Under the pieces are notes generated by a model. It was given only the letters and a program-made list of their open reading frames with translations. It made no database searches and was not told where the DNA came from. The position numbers and the translations under genes were made by a program. Source: a virus. From it: 64,000 nt of DNA. The stretch is from positions 1-64,000 of the IMG/VR virus record IMGVR_UViG_3300032116_000082. One strand, 5' to 3'. This document shows positions 9,094-17,371 of this stretch, one piece after another (the stretch's first letter is position 1; every line of letters starts with the position of its first letter).

Positions 9094-10333
9094 TCCCGGT
9101 CTTATCGCCTTTGGCGGTCTGGTCATGTTTTGGGTGACCAGTCTGATGCGTCCGCATAGTCAACGCGGTCCGTGGCGGCAGAAGTTCTCGACGGAGAGTA
9201 CTGCCTACAACTACAGCTTACAGTTTCGTCCAGAGATGCGGCTGACGGCAGCGGCTATCGAGGAGCTGGCGGAGCTGGATCGCCAGGTCGAGGCGCTGCT
9301 CAACGCGCCCACGGCGCTGGCAACCGCCGAGGATATCGGCGTGGTGGCCTTCAAGCCGGACGAGCCGACGTCGTTGGCCGACTTCGACGGGCAGCGGCAT
9401 ATCGTGCGTCCGGTGCAGCTGGCCATACAGGCACTCGAGCCGTCAAAGCGGGTGCTCAACCACAAGCTGTTGACCGGGATGCCAGGTCTCGGCAAGACCC
9501 TGCTGGCCAAGGTCATCGCCAACGATCTGCGTGTGCGTTCAGAGTCCCTGGGCCTGTCTGCCTTGCCGTTCATCGAGACCTACGCGGCGAACCTGAACTC
9601 GATCGCCGCGCTCGATGAGCAGGCCAAGCGCCTGGTCGATCGGGGCGGGATTTGGTTCATTGACGAGATTCACGTCCTCAACAAGGAGCTCGCCACTAAG
9701 CTGTACCTGCTGATGGAAGACGGTCGCTATCCGTTCGACGGCAGTAGCACGCCGACCGAGATGCCGAACGTCATGATTATCGGTGCCACCACCGACTACG
9801 GCGCGCTGCACAGCGCCCTTAAGCGCCGCTTTGGCGAGCCGTTGATGGTGCGTGCCCTGACCCGCGACGAGCTGCGGGCCATGGCAGAAAAGCTCGGCCG
9901 AATCACGGCGGAAGCAACCGACTTTCTGGTCAGCCGGTGCTGGCAGTCTGGTGCGCCATTCGAGCTCAAGATCCTGTTCCGCGAATGTCGAATCTTTGCT
10001 ACGGCTCAAGGCAAGGACGAGATCACTCGCGAGGTGGTGCAGGACGTGTTCGACACGTACGAGATCGACCAACACGGGCTTCGCCCTGCGGACCGCGGCG
10101 TGATCGCGGCGCTCTTCCAGCGCCCGCGGTACCGTGGCAAGGACCAGGCGTTCTACTGCTACGGCGGCTCTGAGTCCGACGTGTGTGCCGTCGCCAAGCT
10201 GGACAAGGCCGAGTTTCAGGAAACCATTCGGCCCAAGCTGATGAGTCGCGGGTTTCTGGAGGTTCGATCCGGAGTCGGCTTGGCGCTAACGGACAAAGCG
10301 GTCAACGAATACGAGGCGCTCAAAGTATGCTGA
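9086..10333 (+). CDS. ruvB: RuvB-like AAA+ ATPase with predicted N-terminal membrane anchor
   Basis: GMPGLGKT, FIDEIH, LYLLMED, IGATT, LKRRFG, IDQHGL, C-terminal winged-helix-like IRPKLMSRGFL; hydrophobic residues 5-21. Confidence 0.85.
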   Translation: MVDPGLIAFGGLVMFWVTSLMRPHSQRGPWRQKFSTESTAYNYSLQFRPEMRLTAAAIEELAELDRQVEALLNAPTALATAEDIGVVAFKPDEPTSLADFDGQRHIVRPVQLAIQALEPSKRVLNHKLLTGMPGLGKTLLAKVIANDLRVRSESLGLSALPFIETYAANLNSIAALDEQAKRLVDRGGIWFIDEIHVLNKELATKLYLLMEDGRYPFDGSSTPTEMPNVMIIGATTDYGALHSALKRRFGEPLMVRALTRDELRAMAEKLGRITAEATDFLVSRCWQSGAPFELKILFRECRIFATAQGKDEITREVVQDVFDTYEIDQHGLRPADRGVIAALFQRPRYRGKDQAFYCYGGSESDVCAVAKLDKAEFQETIRPKLMSRGFLEVRSGVGLALTDKAVNEYEALKVC

Positions 10334-11169
10334 TGGTGGCGTACCGCGCGGAGGCACGGGTGATCGCAAACCTGCAAAAGGCCATTGTGGCGACGGAGGC
10401 GACACACGAAGTGGCGGTATTGCTGCGTCAACCGCGGGACCTGCTCGGCCTCCGTCACGATGCCGAGCTGGCCACCGTGGTCGTCCTTGATCTCCGTACG
10501 CTCGACATCCATACCGCGGTCACGGTATCAACGGACACGCTCCATACCAATGCGTTCGCCAAAGTCGTTGTCGTTGCGGCGTTGCAGCCTAAGCTGCAGG
10601 AGCAGTGCCGCCTGTACGAACTAGGCCGGGCCGGAGTCGCCTCGTTGCCGTCTCCGGACCAGGCCGAGCAGGCGTGGTGGTGGACGCAGTTCATTGAAAG
10701 TCACATCACGTTTGATATCGTGGCCGCGGCTCACCAAGACTTGGCTGCTCTGATGCCGTCTGGTGAGCGTGGCGAATTCCTGCTGCGTGTCGCCCAGCTG
10801 GCTCACCTGCCTAGTATAAAGAGCCTCTCCGACCGTCTCTACCCTGGAGACAGTTACAGCATGTCGTACAAACGACGCCGGTTGTGGGAGGAGTGCCGCC
10901 GGTTGCACTTGGGCACCCCGGAAGCAGTGCTGGCCGCAACCCGCCTGATGTTGATCAAGTTCATTCTGGATGCGGATCAGTGGACGCTCAACCGGGTGGC
11001 TCGGTACTTTGGTGTCGATACGTCCCGGAATTTCAACCGTAGCTGCAAGACGAGGTATAGTCTGTCGGTCAAAGACATTCGACGAATGCCTCGAGACTCC
11101 ATAGTTGCCAAGGCCACGGAGATGTTCGTGTCGAACGCTCCATGGTCGGTCCTGCTGCAAGAACCATAG
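10327..11169 (+). CDS. AraC-type HTH regulator with degenerate receiver-like N-domain
   Basis: C-terminal TPEAVLAATRL...WTLNRVARYFGVDTSRNFNRSCKTRYSLS; VVVLDL in the N-domain; ATGCTGA overlap with ruvB-like gene. Confidence 0.7.
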   Translation: MLMVAYRAEARVIANLQKAIVATEATHEVAVLLRQPRDLLGLRHDAELATVVVLDLRTLDIHTAVTVSTDTLHTNAFAKVVVVAALQPKLQEQCRLYELGRAGVASLPSPDQAEQAWWWTQFIESHITFDIVAAAHQDLAALMPSGERGEFLLRVAQLAHLPSIKSLSDRLYPGDSYSMSYKRRRLWEECRRLHLGTPEAVLAATRLMLIKFILDADQWTLNRVARYFGVDTSRNFNRSCKTRYSLSVKDIRRMPRDSIVAKATEMFVSNAPWSVLLQEP

Positions 11170-11197
11170 GCGCCGTCGAAAGACGGCGCTTTCGTTT
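11170..11197 (+). terminator. Intrinsic terminator (GAAA tetraloop)
   Basis: GCGCCGTC-GAAA-GACGGCGC-TTTCGTTT directly after the stop. Confidence 0.85.
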
Positions 11198-11330
11198 ATG
11201 GGGATTCCGTGCCCCTTGTTTTGCGCGGCGGGAGCCGGGAGTGTGAGGCTAAAGAAAACCCACCAAAACGGCAGATTAAGACACCATAACGTAAGGATGC
11301 GGCCGATAGTGTTTCGTTAGGAAACGGGTC

Positions 11331-11346
11331 AGTGATTCGTATCACA
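11331..11346. promoter_or_regulatory. CRP/FNR-family-like operator
   Basis: AGTGA-ttcgta-TCACA, 9/10 match to TGTGA-N6-TCACA, in a large (~270 nt) intergenic gap. Confidence 0.4.
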
Positions 11347-11390
11347 AAGCTGTCCTTCCAGGTAACGAACTCGGCCTTTTACAGTACCGA

Positions 11391-11441
11391 CCTCAGCTGG
11401 ATCTTATGCGCAACCACAAACTGCTGAGGGGTTGCGCATGA
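11391..11441 (+). promoter_or_regulatory. Structured leader occluding SD and AUG of the sigma-like gene
   Basis: 11404-15 pairs with 11430-41 (12 bp, includes AUG); 11391-97 pairs with 11423-29 (7 bp, includes GAGG). Confidence 0.55.
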
Positions 11442-12172
11442 ACGGTACAGAACAGTCGCTAGCGGATAGGTGCCGGTCTGTAGGTGAAGTGGTTTGTCAC
11501 CTGGGCGGCTTCGTACGCCGCCAGCTCAACAAGAAGCTCGAAGAGCCGATCTCAGATACCGATTGGCAACAGCATGGTCGAGTCGCGGTCTTCTTGGCCT
11601 TTCTGAACCTAGACGGCAATCCGGATCGACCAGACGGATTCGATTGGTATGCCAAGTCCTTCGTGGCCAAGGCCCTTTCCATTCTGCAGCAAATCACCAT
11701 TGGCAGCGAAAGCGACGTCTACGATCGAATCGTTCGGTGTCGCCAACGGCGATCGGCCAGGAACGTAGATGAGCTGCGCTGGGATTGTTGGGCCTCCGCC
11801 TCGCTCGATGACATTGCGGGCCATCGCGCGGTTGAGGATTTCAGTCTTGACCTAATGGCCCCTACATCGTTGGAGCAGATGTATGAGTTTGAACGGGCGG
11901 CGGCACGTCCGCAGGTCGATGACGCACTGGTCCAGGAGCTCACAAAGAACCTCAAGCCGCAAGAGGCGGTGTGGTTGATCCGTCGCTATCGCGACGGCGT
12001 GCCGACGGCGATTCTGGCGGAAGAACTCTGCCGCAAGAACGTCAAGTATCAGACACCGGATGGACAGGTCCGCGCTATCCGGTGCATTGATGTCGCGGTT
12101 CATCGTGCGCGAGCCAAGGCGCGCAAGTTTCTCAACAGCCGTTGGCAACAGTTGGCCGCAGAAGTGTCGTGA
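11438..12172 (+). CDS. Sigma-70-like (ECF/group 3-4 size) phage sigma factor
   Basis: Region-4-like LKPQEAVWLIRRYRDGVPTAILAEEL...VAVHRARAKARKFL; region-2-like GRVAVFLAFLNLD...FDWYAKSFV; ASLDD linker. Confidence 0.65.
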   Translation: MNGTEQSLADRCRSVGEVVCHLGGFVRRQLNKKLEEPISDTDWQQHGRVAVFLAFLNLDGNPDRPDGFDWYAKSFVAKALSILQQITIGSESDVYDRIVRCRQRRSARNVDELRWDCWASASLDDIAGHRAVEDFSLDLMAPTSLEQMYEFERAAARPQVDDALVQELTKNLKPQEAVWLIRRYRDGVPTAILAEELCRKNVKYQTPDGQVRAIRCIDVAVHRARAKARKFLNSRWQQLAAEVS

Positions 12173-12390
12173 ATATCCAGTTGAGACTCAAGGCACTTGC
12201 CTCAGCCCCCATGCCAAACCTCGTAGAAGTTGTAGAACTCGATCCGGCGTACAAATTCAGCCCCCTGGTAGATATCATCGACGCGGCGATTGCCAAACGG
12301 CGGTTACTCAAACTTCGCACTCTTGAGGGCGACGCCCTCGTCATTCGTACGGACGTCCTTCATAGCCTCGCCATCCGAGAAACCCACTAA
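12169..12390 (+). CDS. Hypothetical protein
   Basis: GTGA and TAATG overlaps at both ends. Confidence 0.6.
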   Translation: MNIQLRLKALASAPMPNLVEVVELDPAYKFSPLVDIIDAAIAKRRLLKLRTLEGDALVIRTDVLHSLAIRETH

Positions 12391-13391
12391 TGCCCATCAT
12401 CGGTTACGTATGCCCACCTGGCGGAGAAGCCCCTGGTCGGCAGAACCACGTCGAGTATTGCCTGAAGGACTGTCAACAGCAGTGTGTGACCCCGCCGCTT
12501 CTTGCGGCCATGTGGAAGGCAGACACCGGCAACTATCACCAAGGCGACTACATTTCCGCGTCCATGCTGGCCGGGTCGGGCTGCGGTCGCCAGGTGATGT
12601 TGGAGCGGTATCAGGACTTCTACGACCTGCCGACCAAGCGGTATTGGCCGTTCCGCGGTACGCACGCCCACGCGATTATCGAAGGCGCGGGGGATATCAT
12701 TGCCAAGTATGGATGGCTGCAGGAAATCCGTATGGCGACGAAGCTCGAGTACGAGCTCCCGCAGCCGGTCTTCGATGAGCACGGGAACTGGACGGGCGAC
12801 TACGATTCGTCCAAAAACCTGGAAATCGTCGTGCGTGGGACCACCGATGCGTACAATCCGTACTCGCGGACCTTGACGGACATGAAGAGCATGGCCGACA
12901 AGAAGGTCGAGATGATGATCAAGGGGTCAACGCCGGGGACGTACTCAAAGCATTTGCAGGATTCGTGGGTCGCCCAGCTGAACATCTACCGCTACTTGAT
13001 CTCGAAGACGGAGATTCCGGATTGGGTTCACACCGCCTTCAAGGAGCATGGGCTTCCGAAGCTCAAGGGAAAGCTGTTCCCTGCCCCGACTAAGCTCTTT
13101 ATCCAGGGCATCGCCATGATGAGCCATCCGGTATCCGGCTCAAAGTTGGCACACAAGGAACGCGGCAAGGTCACGCTGTACGACATCGACCACGTGCCGG
13201 TGTGGTCGATCGAAGAAACCGAAGACTTTATTCGTCCGCGTGCCCTGGAGTGGTATCGGGCGCTCAACCTCAAGATCACCCCGCCGGTTGTGTCGAAAGA
13301 CAAAGAATGGCTGTGTCGGAATTGTGCCTTCCACGAAAAGGTGTGTTTTCCGGCACAAGAACGCGACTCGCAGGAGCAGTCGAGTGACTGA
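12390..13391 (+). CDS. Cas4/AddB-like PD-(D/E)XK nuclease with Fe-S cysteines
   Basis: CGRQ, GTHAHA, GTTD, DMK, QLNIY, C-terminal CRNCAFHEKVC. Confidence 0.8.
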   Translation: MPIIGYVCPPGGEAPGRQNHVEYCLKDCQQQCVTPPLLAAMWKADTGNYHQGDYISASMLAGSGCGRQVMLERYQDFYDLPTKRYWPFRGTHAHAIIEGAGDIIAKYGWLQEIRMATKLEYELPQPVFDEHGNWTGDYDSSKNLEIVVRGTTDAYNPYSRTLTDMKSMADKKVEMMIKGSTPGTYSKHLQDSWVAQLNIYRYLISKTEIPDWVHTAFKEHGLPKLKGKLFPAPTKLFIQGIAMMSHPVSGSKLAHKERGKVTLYDIDHVPVWSIEETEDFIRPRALEWYRALNLKITPPVVSKDKEWLCRNCAFHEKVCFPAQERDSQEQSSD

Positions 13392-13668
13392 GTCCTTGCT
13401 GCCAGAAAACCTGCCGTGGTATGGGTACTGCCCAGTGCAGATTGAAGGAGAAATAGACGGTTACCACTATTACTTTCGTGCCCGTGGAACGCGGTGGACG
13501 TTTCAGATCGCAGACGTCCCTCACAAAGACCCCATCGACGCCCCAAACTTCATGGAAGGACGCATCGATGCGGAGTTTGCGGCCGGGTGGATGCCCCATC
13601 CGCTCGCTAGAGCGCTTGTCGACTGGGCCCTTGCCGTCTATCAAGCGGAACGTAGTCGCTCCCAGTAA
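13384..13668 (+). CDS. Conserved phage hypothetical protein
   Basis: CPVQIEGEIDGYHYYFRARG; overlaps the upstream stop. Confidence 0.65.
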   Translation: MTESLLPENLPWYGYCPVQIEGEIDGYHYYFRARGTRWTFQIADVPHKDPIDAPNFMEGRIDAEFAAGWMPHPLARALVDWALAVYQAERSRSQ

Positions 13669-13728
13669 GAATTCCCCTGGGTCAGTCAACCAGTACGCAG
13701 CACTTCTTATCATCTCAACGAGGAACGC

Positions 13729-14253
13729 ATGGCCAAGTCACTCCGCTTCAAAGTCCACAACTGTAAGGCAGTCTCGCGCAACTCCCTGATGGTGTTTGAT
13801 CTCGCGGTTGGGTACGAGGAGAACGGGCAGTTCATTGGCGTCATGGATGTCCGTGGCTGCTGGCTCAAGCAGAAGAGCGACGGCTCGGGAAACTACGTGT
13901 CGTTCCCGTCGAAGCTGCGGGTTACTAAGGAAGGCGAGGCGGCAGTCGATGACAACGGCTACAAGATCTACGACAACATCGTCGACATGTATCTCGAGAA
14001 GGGCGCCAATCCGGAGAAGCCGGACACGCGGGCGCCGACGCAGGCGGCGTGGGGGTTTCGGAAGTGGCTGATTCAGGAGGCCACCACGGCATATCAGCAG
14101 CTCTCTTCGTCTGAGAGCGGTCGCGGCGCGGCCAAGCCTGCGTCAGCGCCCAGCCGAGCGGCGGCTAAGCCTGCGCCGAAGCCTGCGGCGGCACCGACTG
14201 CGGTGGCGGACGATTACGCGGATGACGACGACGATTCGGCGTTCCCGTTCTAA
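13729..14253 (+). CDS. SpoVG-like single-stranded DNA-binding protein
   Basis: VRGCWLKQKSDGSGNYVSFPSK resembles SpoVG; Ala/Pro linker; acidic tail DDDDDSAFPF; GAGGA SD. Confidence 0.7.
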   Translation: MAKSLRFKVHNCKAVSRNSLMVFDLAVGYEENGQFIGVMDVRGCWLKQKSDGSGNYVSFPSKLRVTKEGEAAVDDNGYKIYDNIVDMYLEKGANPEKPDTRAPTQAAWGFRKWLIQEATTAYQQLSSSESGRGAAKPASAPSRAAAKPAPKPAAAPTAVADDYADDDDDSAFPF

Positions 14254-14256
14254 TCG

Positions 14257-14604
14257 GTGTCTGCGCCGCCAGAACTGAGCTATGCCGCAGTAGCGGCAAC
14301 CCTTGAATTGTCACGTCTGCGCAGCCTCATGATGGTCGGGGCTGCGCTCGTGACCAAGTTTCCCGCGGAAGAAGATTGGTGGGCGCTCGTGGCCGACCCT
14401 GACTATGTGGAATCGTTGAACGCGTTGGCGGAAGTCATTAATGACATTCGTCATGATGCCAAGATCAACGAGGCACTAGATCCTGAGGCCGTCGCTAGTG
14501 CCGCCGACAATCATCACGGACGCGCGGTCGAAGCGGTTCAGGTAGTCGCAGAACGTCTTGAAGTGCCCCCAGAGGACCTGCTCAACGTGCTGATTACTGG
14601 TTGA
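14257..14604 (+). CDS. Hypothetical protein
   Basis: 115-aa ORF directly after the SSB. Confidence 0.65.
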   Translation: MSAPPELSYAAVAATLELSRLRSLMMVGAALVTKFPAEEDWWALVADPDYVESLNALAEVINDIRHDAKINEALDPEAVASAADNHHGRAVEAVQVVAERLEVPPEDLLNVLITG

Positions 14605-14641
14605 GCCAGTCGTACAACCCACCCCCAATCCGCAAACCAGG

Positions 14642-14670
14642 CCCGTTGGCGACCTACTTGTCCCAACGGG
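14642..14670 (+). promoter_or_regulatory. Hairpin with CGACCTACT motif variant, overlapping the nrdJ SD
   Basis: CCCGTTGG-c-GAC-ctactt-GTC-CCAACGGG; the 3' arm includes the GGG of GGGAGG. Confidence 0.5.
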
Positions 14671-14679
14671 AGGATATTC

Positions 14680-16653
14680 ATGAAGAATAAGGAAGTCGTG
14701 TTTACGCTAAACGACGCGTTTGTCGCGTCCTACGGTGAAAAGACCCCGCCATTTGGCTTTAACGGCCTTGGTGAACTGGTGTATCTGCGCACCTACAGCC
14801 GGATCAAGGAGGACGGCACCCAGGAGCAGTGGCACGAGACCGTTCGTCGGGTGGTTGAAGGTTGCTATACCATGCAGAAACGATGGATTACAGACCACAA
14901 CCTGGGCTGGTCCGACCGCAAGGCGCAGCGGAGCGCCCAGGAGATGTACGACCGGATCTGGAACATGAAGTTCCTGCCGCCGGGTCGTGGGCTGTGGGCC
15001 ATGGGGTCGTCCCTGACGATGGAAAAGGACCTCTATGCCGCCCTCAACAACTGCGCCTTCGTTAGCACCGAAAACCTGGAAAAGGACCTGTCAGAGCCGT
15101 TCACGTTCCTGATGGATGCCTCCATGCTCGGCATCGGCGTGGGCTTTGACACCAAGGGTGCGGGCAAGCTGACGATCACGGCCCCGCAAGCTGACGAGAA
15201 GACCATGGTGATCCCGGATACCCGCGAGGGTTGGGTGGATTCCATCAAGCTCCTCCTGGAATCCTACTTCCTGCCGGACTCGGCGACCGTGGTGTTCGAC
15301 TACAGCCAGATCCGCCCAGCTGGGCAGCCGATCAAGGGCTTTGGTGGCGTCTCGTCTGGTCCGGACCCGCTCGAGCAGCTGCACAAGGATATCCGTGCAG
15401 TGCTCGATCAAAGCGCGGGGAAGCCGATCTCGGTGACCAACATCGTCGACATCATGAACCTGATCGGCAAGTGCGTCGTGGCCGGGAATGTTCGTCGCAC
15501 CGCAGAGATCGCCTTCGGCGCACCCGATAGTCAGGAGTTCCTGGACCTCAAGAACTACGAGGTCAATCCGCATCGGGCCTCGTACGGGTGGACCAGCAAC
15601 AACTCGATCTATGCTGAGATCGGCATGGACTACACGGAAGCGGCCAAGCGTATCAAGTACAACGGAGAGCCGGGATTTGCCTGGCTGTCGAACATGCGGG
15701 AGTACAGTCGCATGGATGAGCTGCCTGATAACAAGGACTATCGGGTGGCCGGTGCCAACCCGTGCGTGGAGCAGTCCCTGGAGTCGTACGAGCTGTGCTG
15801 CCTAGTCGAGACGTTCCCGGCCAACCACGAAACCCTCGAAGACTACGGGCGTACGCTGAAGTTCGCCTACCTGTATGCCAAGACGGTCACGCTGGGCAAG
15901 ACGCCGTGGGCCAAGACCAATCGCGTGCTGCTTCGGAACCGGCGCATTGGGCTGTCGCAGTCGGGCATTCAGCAGGCGATCGCCAAGCTCGGCATCCAGC
16001 ACTACCGCGTGTGGTGCGACATGGGCTACGAAACGGTGCGCTACTACGACGACGTCTACTCGGAGTGGCTAGCTATCCCGAAGTCGGTCAAGACCACGTC
16101 CGTCAAGCCGTCCGGATCAGTATCGTTGCTCGCCGGAGCCACACCAGGAATGCACTGGCCGGAATCTAAGACGTATATCCGTCGGATGCGCCTGAGCAAG
16201 TACTCGGATCTGATCGCTCCGCTCCAGGCGGCAGGCTATAAGCTCGAGCCTGCGGTTGGTAGTGAAGATTCGACGATGGTCGTCGAGATCCCGGTCAAGA
16301 TTGAGGAGGATATTCGTACGGCGGCTGAGGTCTCGATGTGGGAACAGCTGGCGATGGCGGCGTTCCTGCAGCGGTATTGGAGCGACAACCAGGTGTCGGC
16401 GACGATCACGTTCAATCCGGAAACGGAAGGTGATCAGATCGCCAATGCGCTGAACTACTATCAGTACCAGCTCAAAGGCATCAGCTTCCTGCCGCGCGTC
16501 GACTATGGGGCGTATCCACAGATGCCGTACGAAGCCATCGATGAGGCGACGTACCAAGCACGCAAGGCCGAGCTCAAGCCGCTGCACTTTGGTGCTACGC
16601 ACGAGGCGGCCGAACAGGAGAAATTCTGTAGTAACGACAGCTGTACCATCTGA
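14680..16653 (+). CDS. nrdJ: Class II (adenosylcobalamin) monomeric ribonucleoside-triphosphate reductase
   Basis: YLRTYSR, PPGRGLW, LNNCAF, GNVRRTAEI, NPCVEQSLESYELCCL, VKPSGSVS, C-terminal FCSNDSC. Confidence 0.95.
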   Translation: MKNKEVVFTLNDAFVASYGEKTPPFGFNGLGELVYLRTYSRIKEDGTQEQWHETVRRVVEGCYTMQKRWITDHNLGWSDRKAQRSAQEMYDRIWNMKFLPPGRGLWAMGSSLTMEKDLYAALNNCAFVSTENLEKDLSEPFTFLMDASMLGIGVGFDTKGAGKLTITAPQADEKTMVIPDTREGWVDSIKLLLESYFLPDSATVVFDYSQIRPAGQPIKGFGGVSSGPDPLEQLHKDIRAVLDQSAGKPISVTNIVDIMNLIGKCVVAGNVRRTAEIAFGAPDSQEFLDLKNYEVNPHRASYGWTSNNSIYAEIGMDYTEAAKRIKYNGEPGFAWLSNMREYSRMDELPDNKDYRVAGANPCVEQSLESYELCCLVETFPANHETLEDYGRTLKFAYLYAKTVTLGKTPWAKTNRVLLRNRRIGLSQSGIQQAIAKLGIQHYRVWCDMGYETVRYYDDVYSEWLAIPKSVKTTSVKPSGSVSLLAGATPGMHWPESKTYIRRMRLSKYSDLIAPLQAAGYKLEPAVGSEDSTMVVEIPVKIEEDIRTAAEVSMWEQLAMAAFLQRYWSDNQVSATITFNPETEGDQIANALNYYQYQLKGISFLPRVDYGAYPQMPYEAIDEATYQARKAELKPLHFGATHEAAEQEKFCSNDSCTI

Positions 16654-16671
16654 CCAAGGGCAAGGACGGCT

Positions 16672-16977
16672 ATGAACGACAGCGGACATATCTGCTGCTG
16701 GCATATCGACAGCGGGGTGGCATACACCTTCTCCTACCCGCCGCAGTACAAGGAGGTATGTTGTCATTGCGGAAATACTCGGAGGCATCAGCCGCCTAAG
16801 CCGCAGCCTCCGCCTGGACACGGACCGCATCACCCATCCACTCGGCAATGGCCGTCCACGTACGCGACCTGGAACACGACGTCTACTCACACGTACGGCG
16901 GGTACGAGGTTGGTTCCGGAGGATCGATTTGCTCGTGTGGCGACCCTGACTGCAACGCGGCCGGGGACAAGAAGTAG
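16672..16977 (+). CDS. Cys-rich hypothetical protein
   Basis: ICCWH, VCCHCG, CSCGDPDC; AAGGA SD. Confidence 0.6.
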   Translation: MNDSGHICCWHIDSGVAYTFSYPPQYKEVCCHCGNTRRHQPPKPQPPPGHGPHHPSTRQWPSTYATWNTTSTHTYGGYEVGSGGSICSCGDPDCNAAGDKK

Positions 16978-16995
16978 GACACCGCAGATGTAAGA

Positions 16996-17039
16996 AGCAC
17001 GGCCTCTCGGTCAACTCTCCGAGAGGCCGTGTTGTTTTT
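16996..17039 (+). terminator. Intrinsic terminator
   Basis: AGCACGGCCTCTCGG...CCGAGAGGCCGTGTT followed by GTTTTT. Confidence 0.8.
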
Positions 17040-17053
17040 ACCAGTGGCGTGTC

Positions 17054-17371
17054 ATGCGTAAACAAACCCCCAAGCTTCAACTTTACTACTTCCAAGACGG
17101 CGAGCCGACGTTCCACACCAAGGAGCAGCAGGTCGTGGACCAGGTGGCTGTGGCGAAGGCGGTGGAGTGTCAGTGGTTCAATGCGAGGAGCGTAGAGGCT
17201 GGTCCGCTCCTGCTCCGCTTCAATGTGACAGACCTGCCCTGCCTGGTCCTGGTTCGGAACGAGCCGGGTCGTCGGACCTTTGCGGTCCAGCGGACAGAAA
17301 TCGTCACGGGGACAGACCTGAAGAACCTTACCAAGCTCACCAAAATCGTGGAGAAACTGCGACAATGCTGA
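17054..17371 (+). CDS. Thioredoxin-fold-like protein lacking CxxC
   Basis: LYYF strand and RFNVTDLPCLVLVRN resembling the thioredoxin cis-Pro region. Confidence 0.45.
   Translation: MRKQTPKLQLYYFQDGEPTFHTKEQQVVDQVAVAKAVECQWFNARSVEAGPLLLRFNVTDLPCLVLVRNEPGRRTFAVQRTEIVTGTDLKNLTKLTKIVEKLRQC

Noticed and set aside
11198-11400. tRNA or attP in this large intergenic gap
   Set aside because: No cloverleaf or T-loop signature; an att core cannot be identified without the host sequence.
11387-11441. dif-like site: GTTGCGCATAA resembles the XerC arm of E. coli dif
   Set aside because: No XerD-like arm 6 bp away, and the two half-sites face outward; the repeat is better explained as an RNA stem over the AUG.
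14680-16653. Intron or intein in nrdJ (also checked portal and helicase)
   Set aside because: Lengths are normal, motifs are contiguous, and no intein splice motifs are visible.
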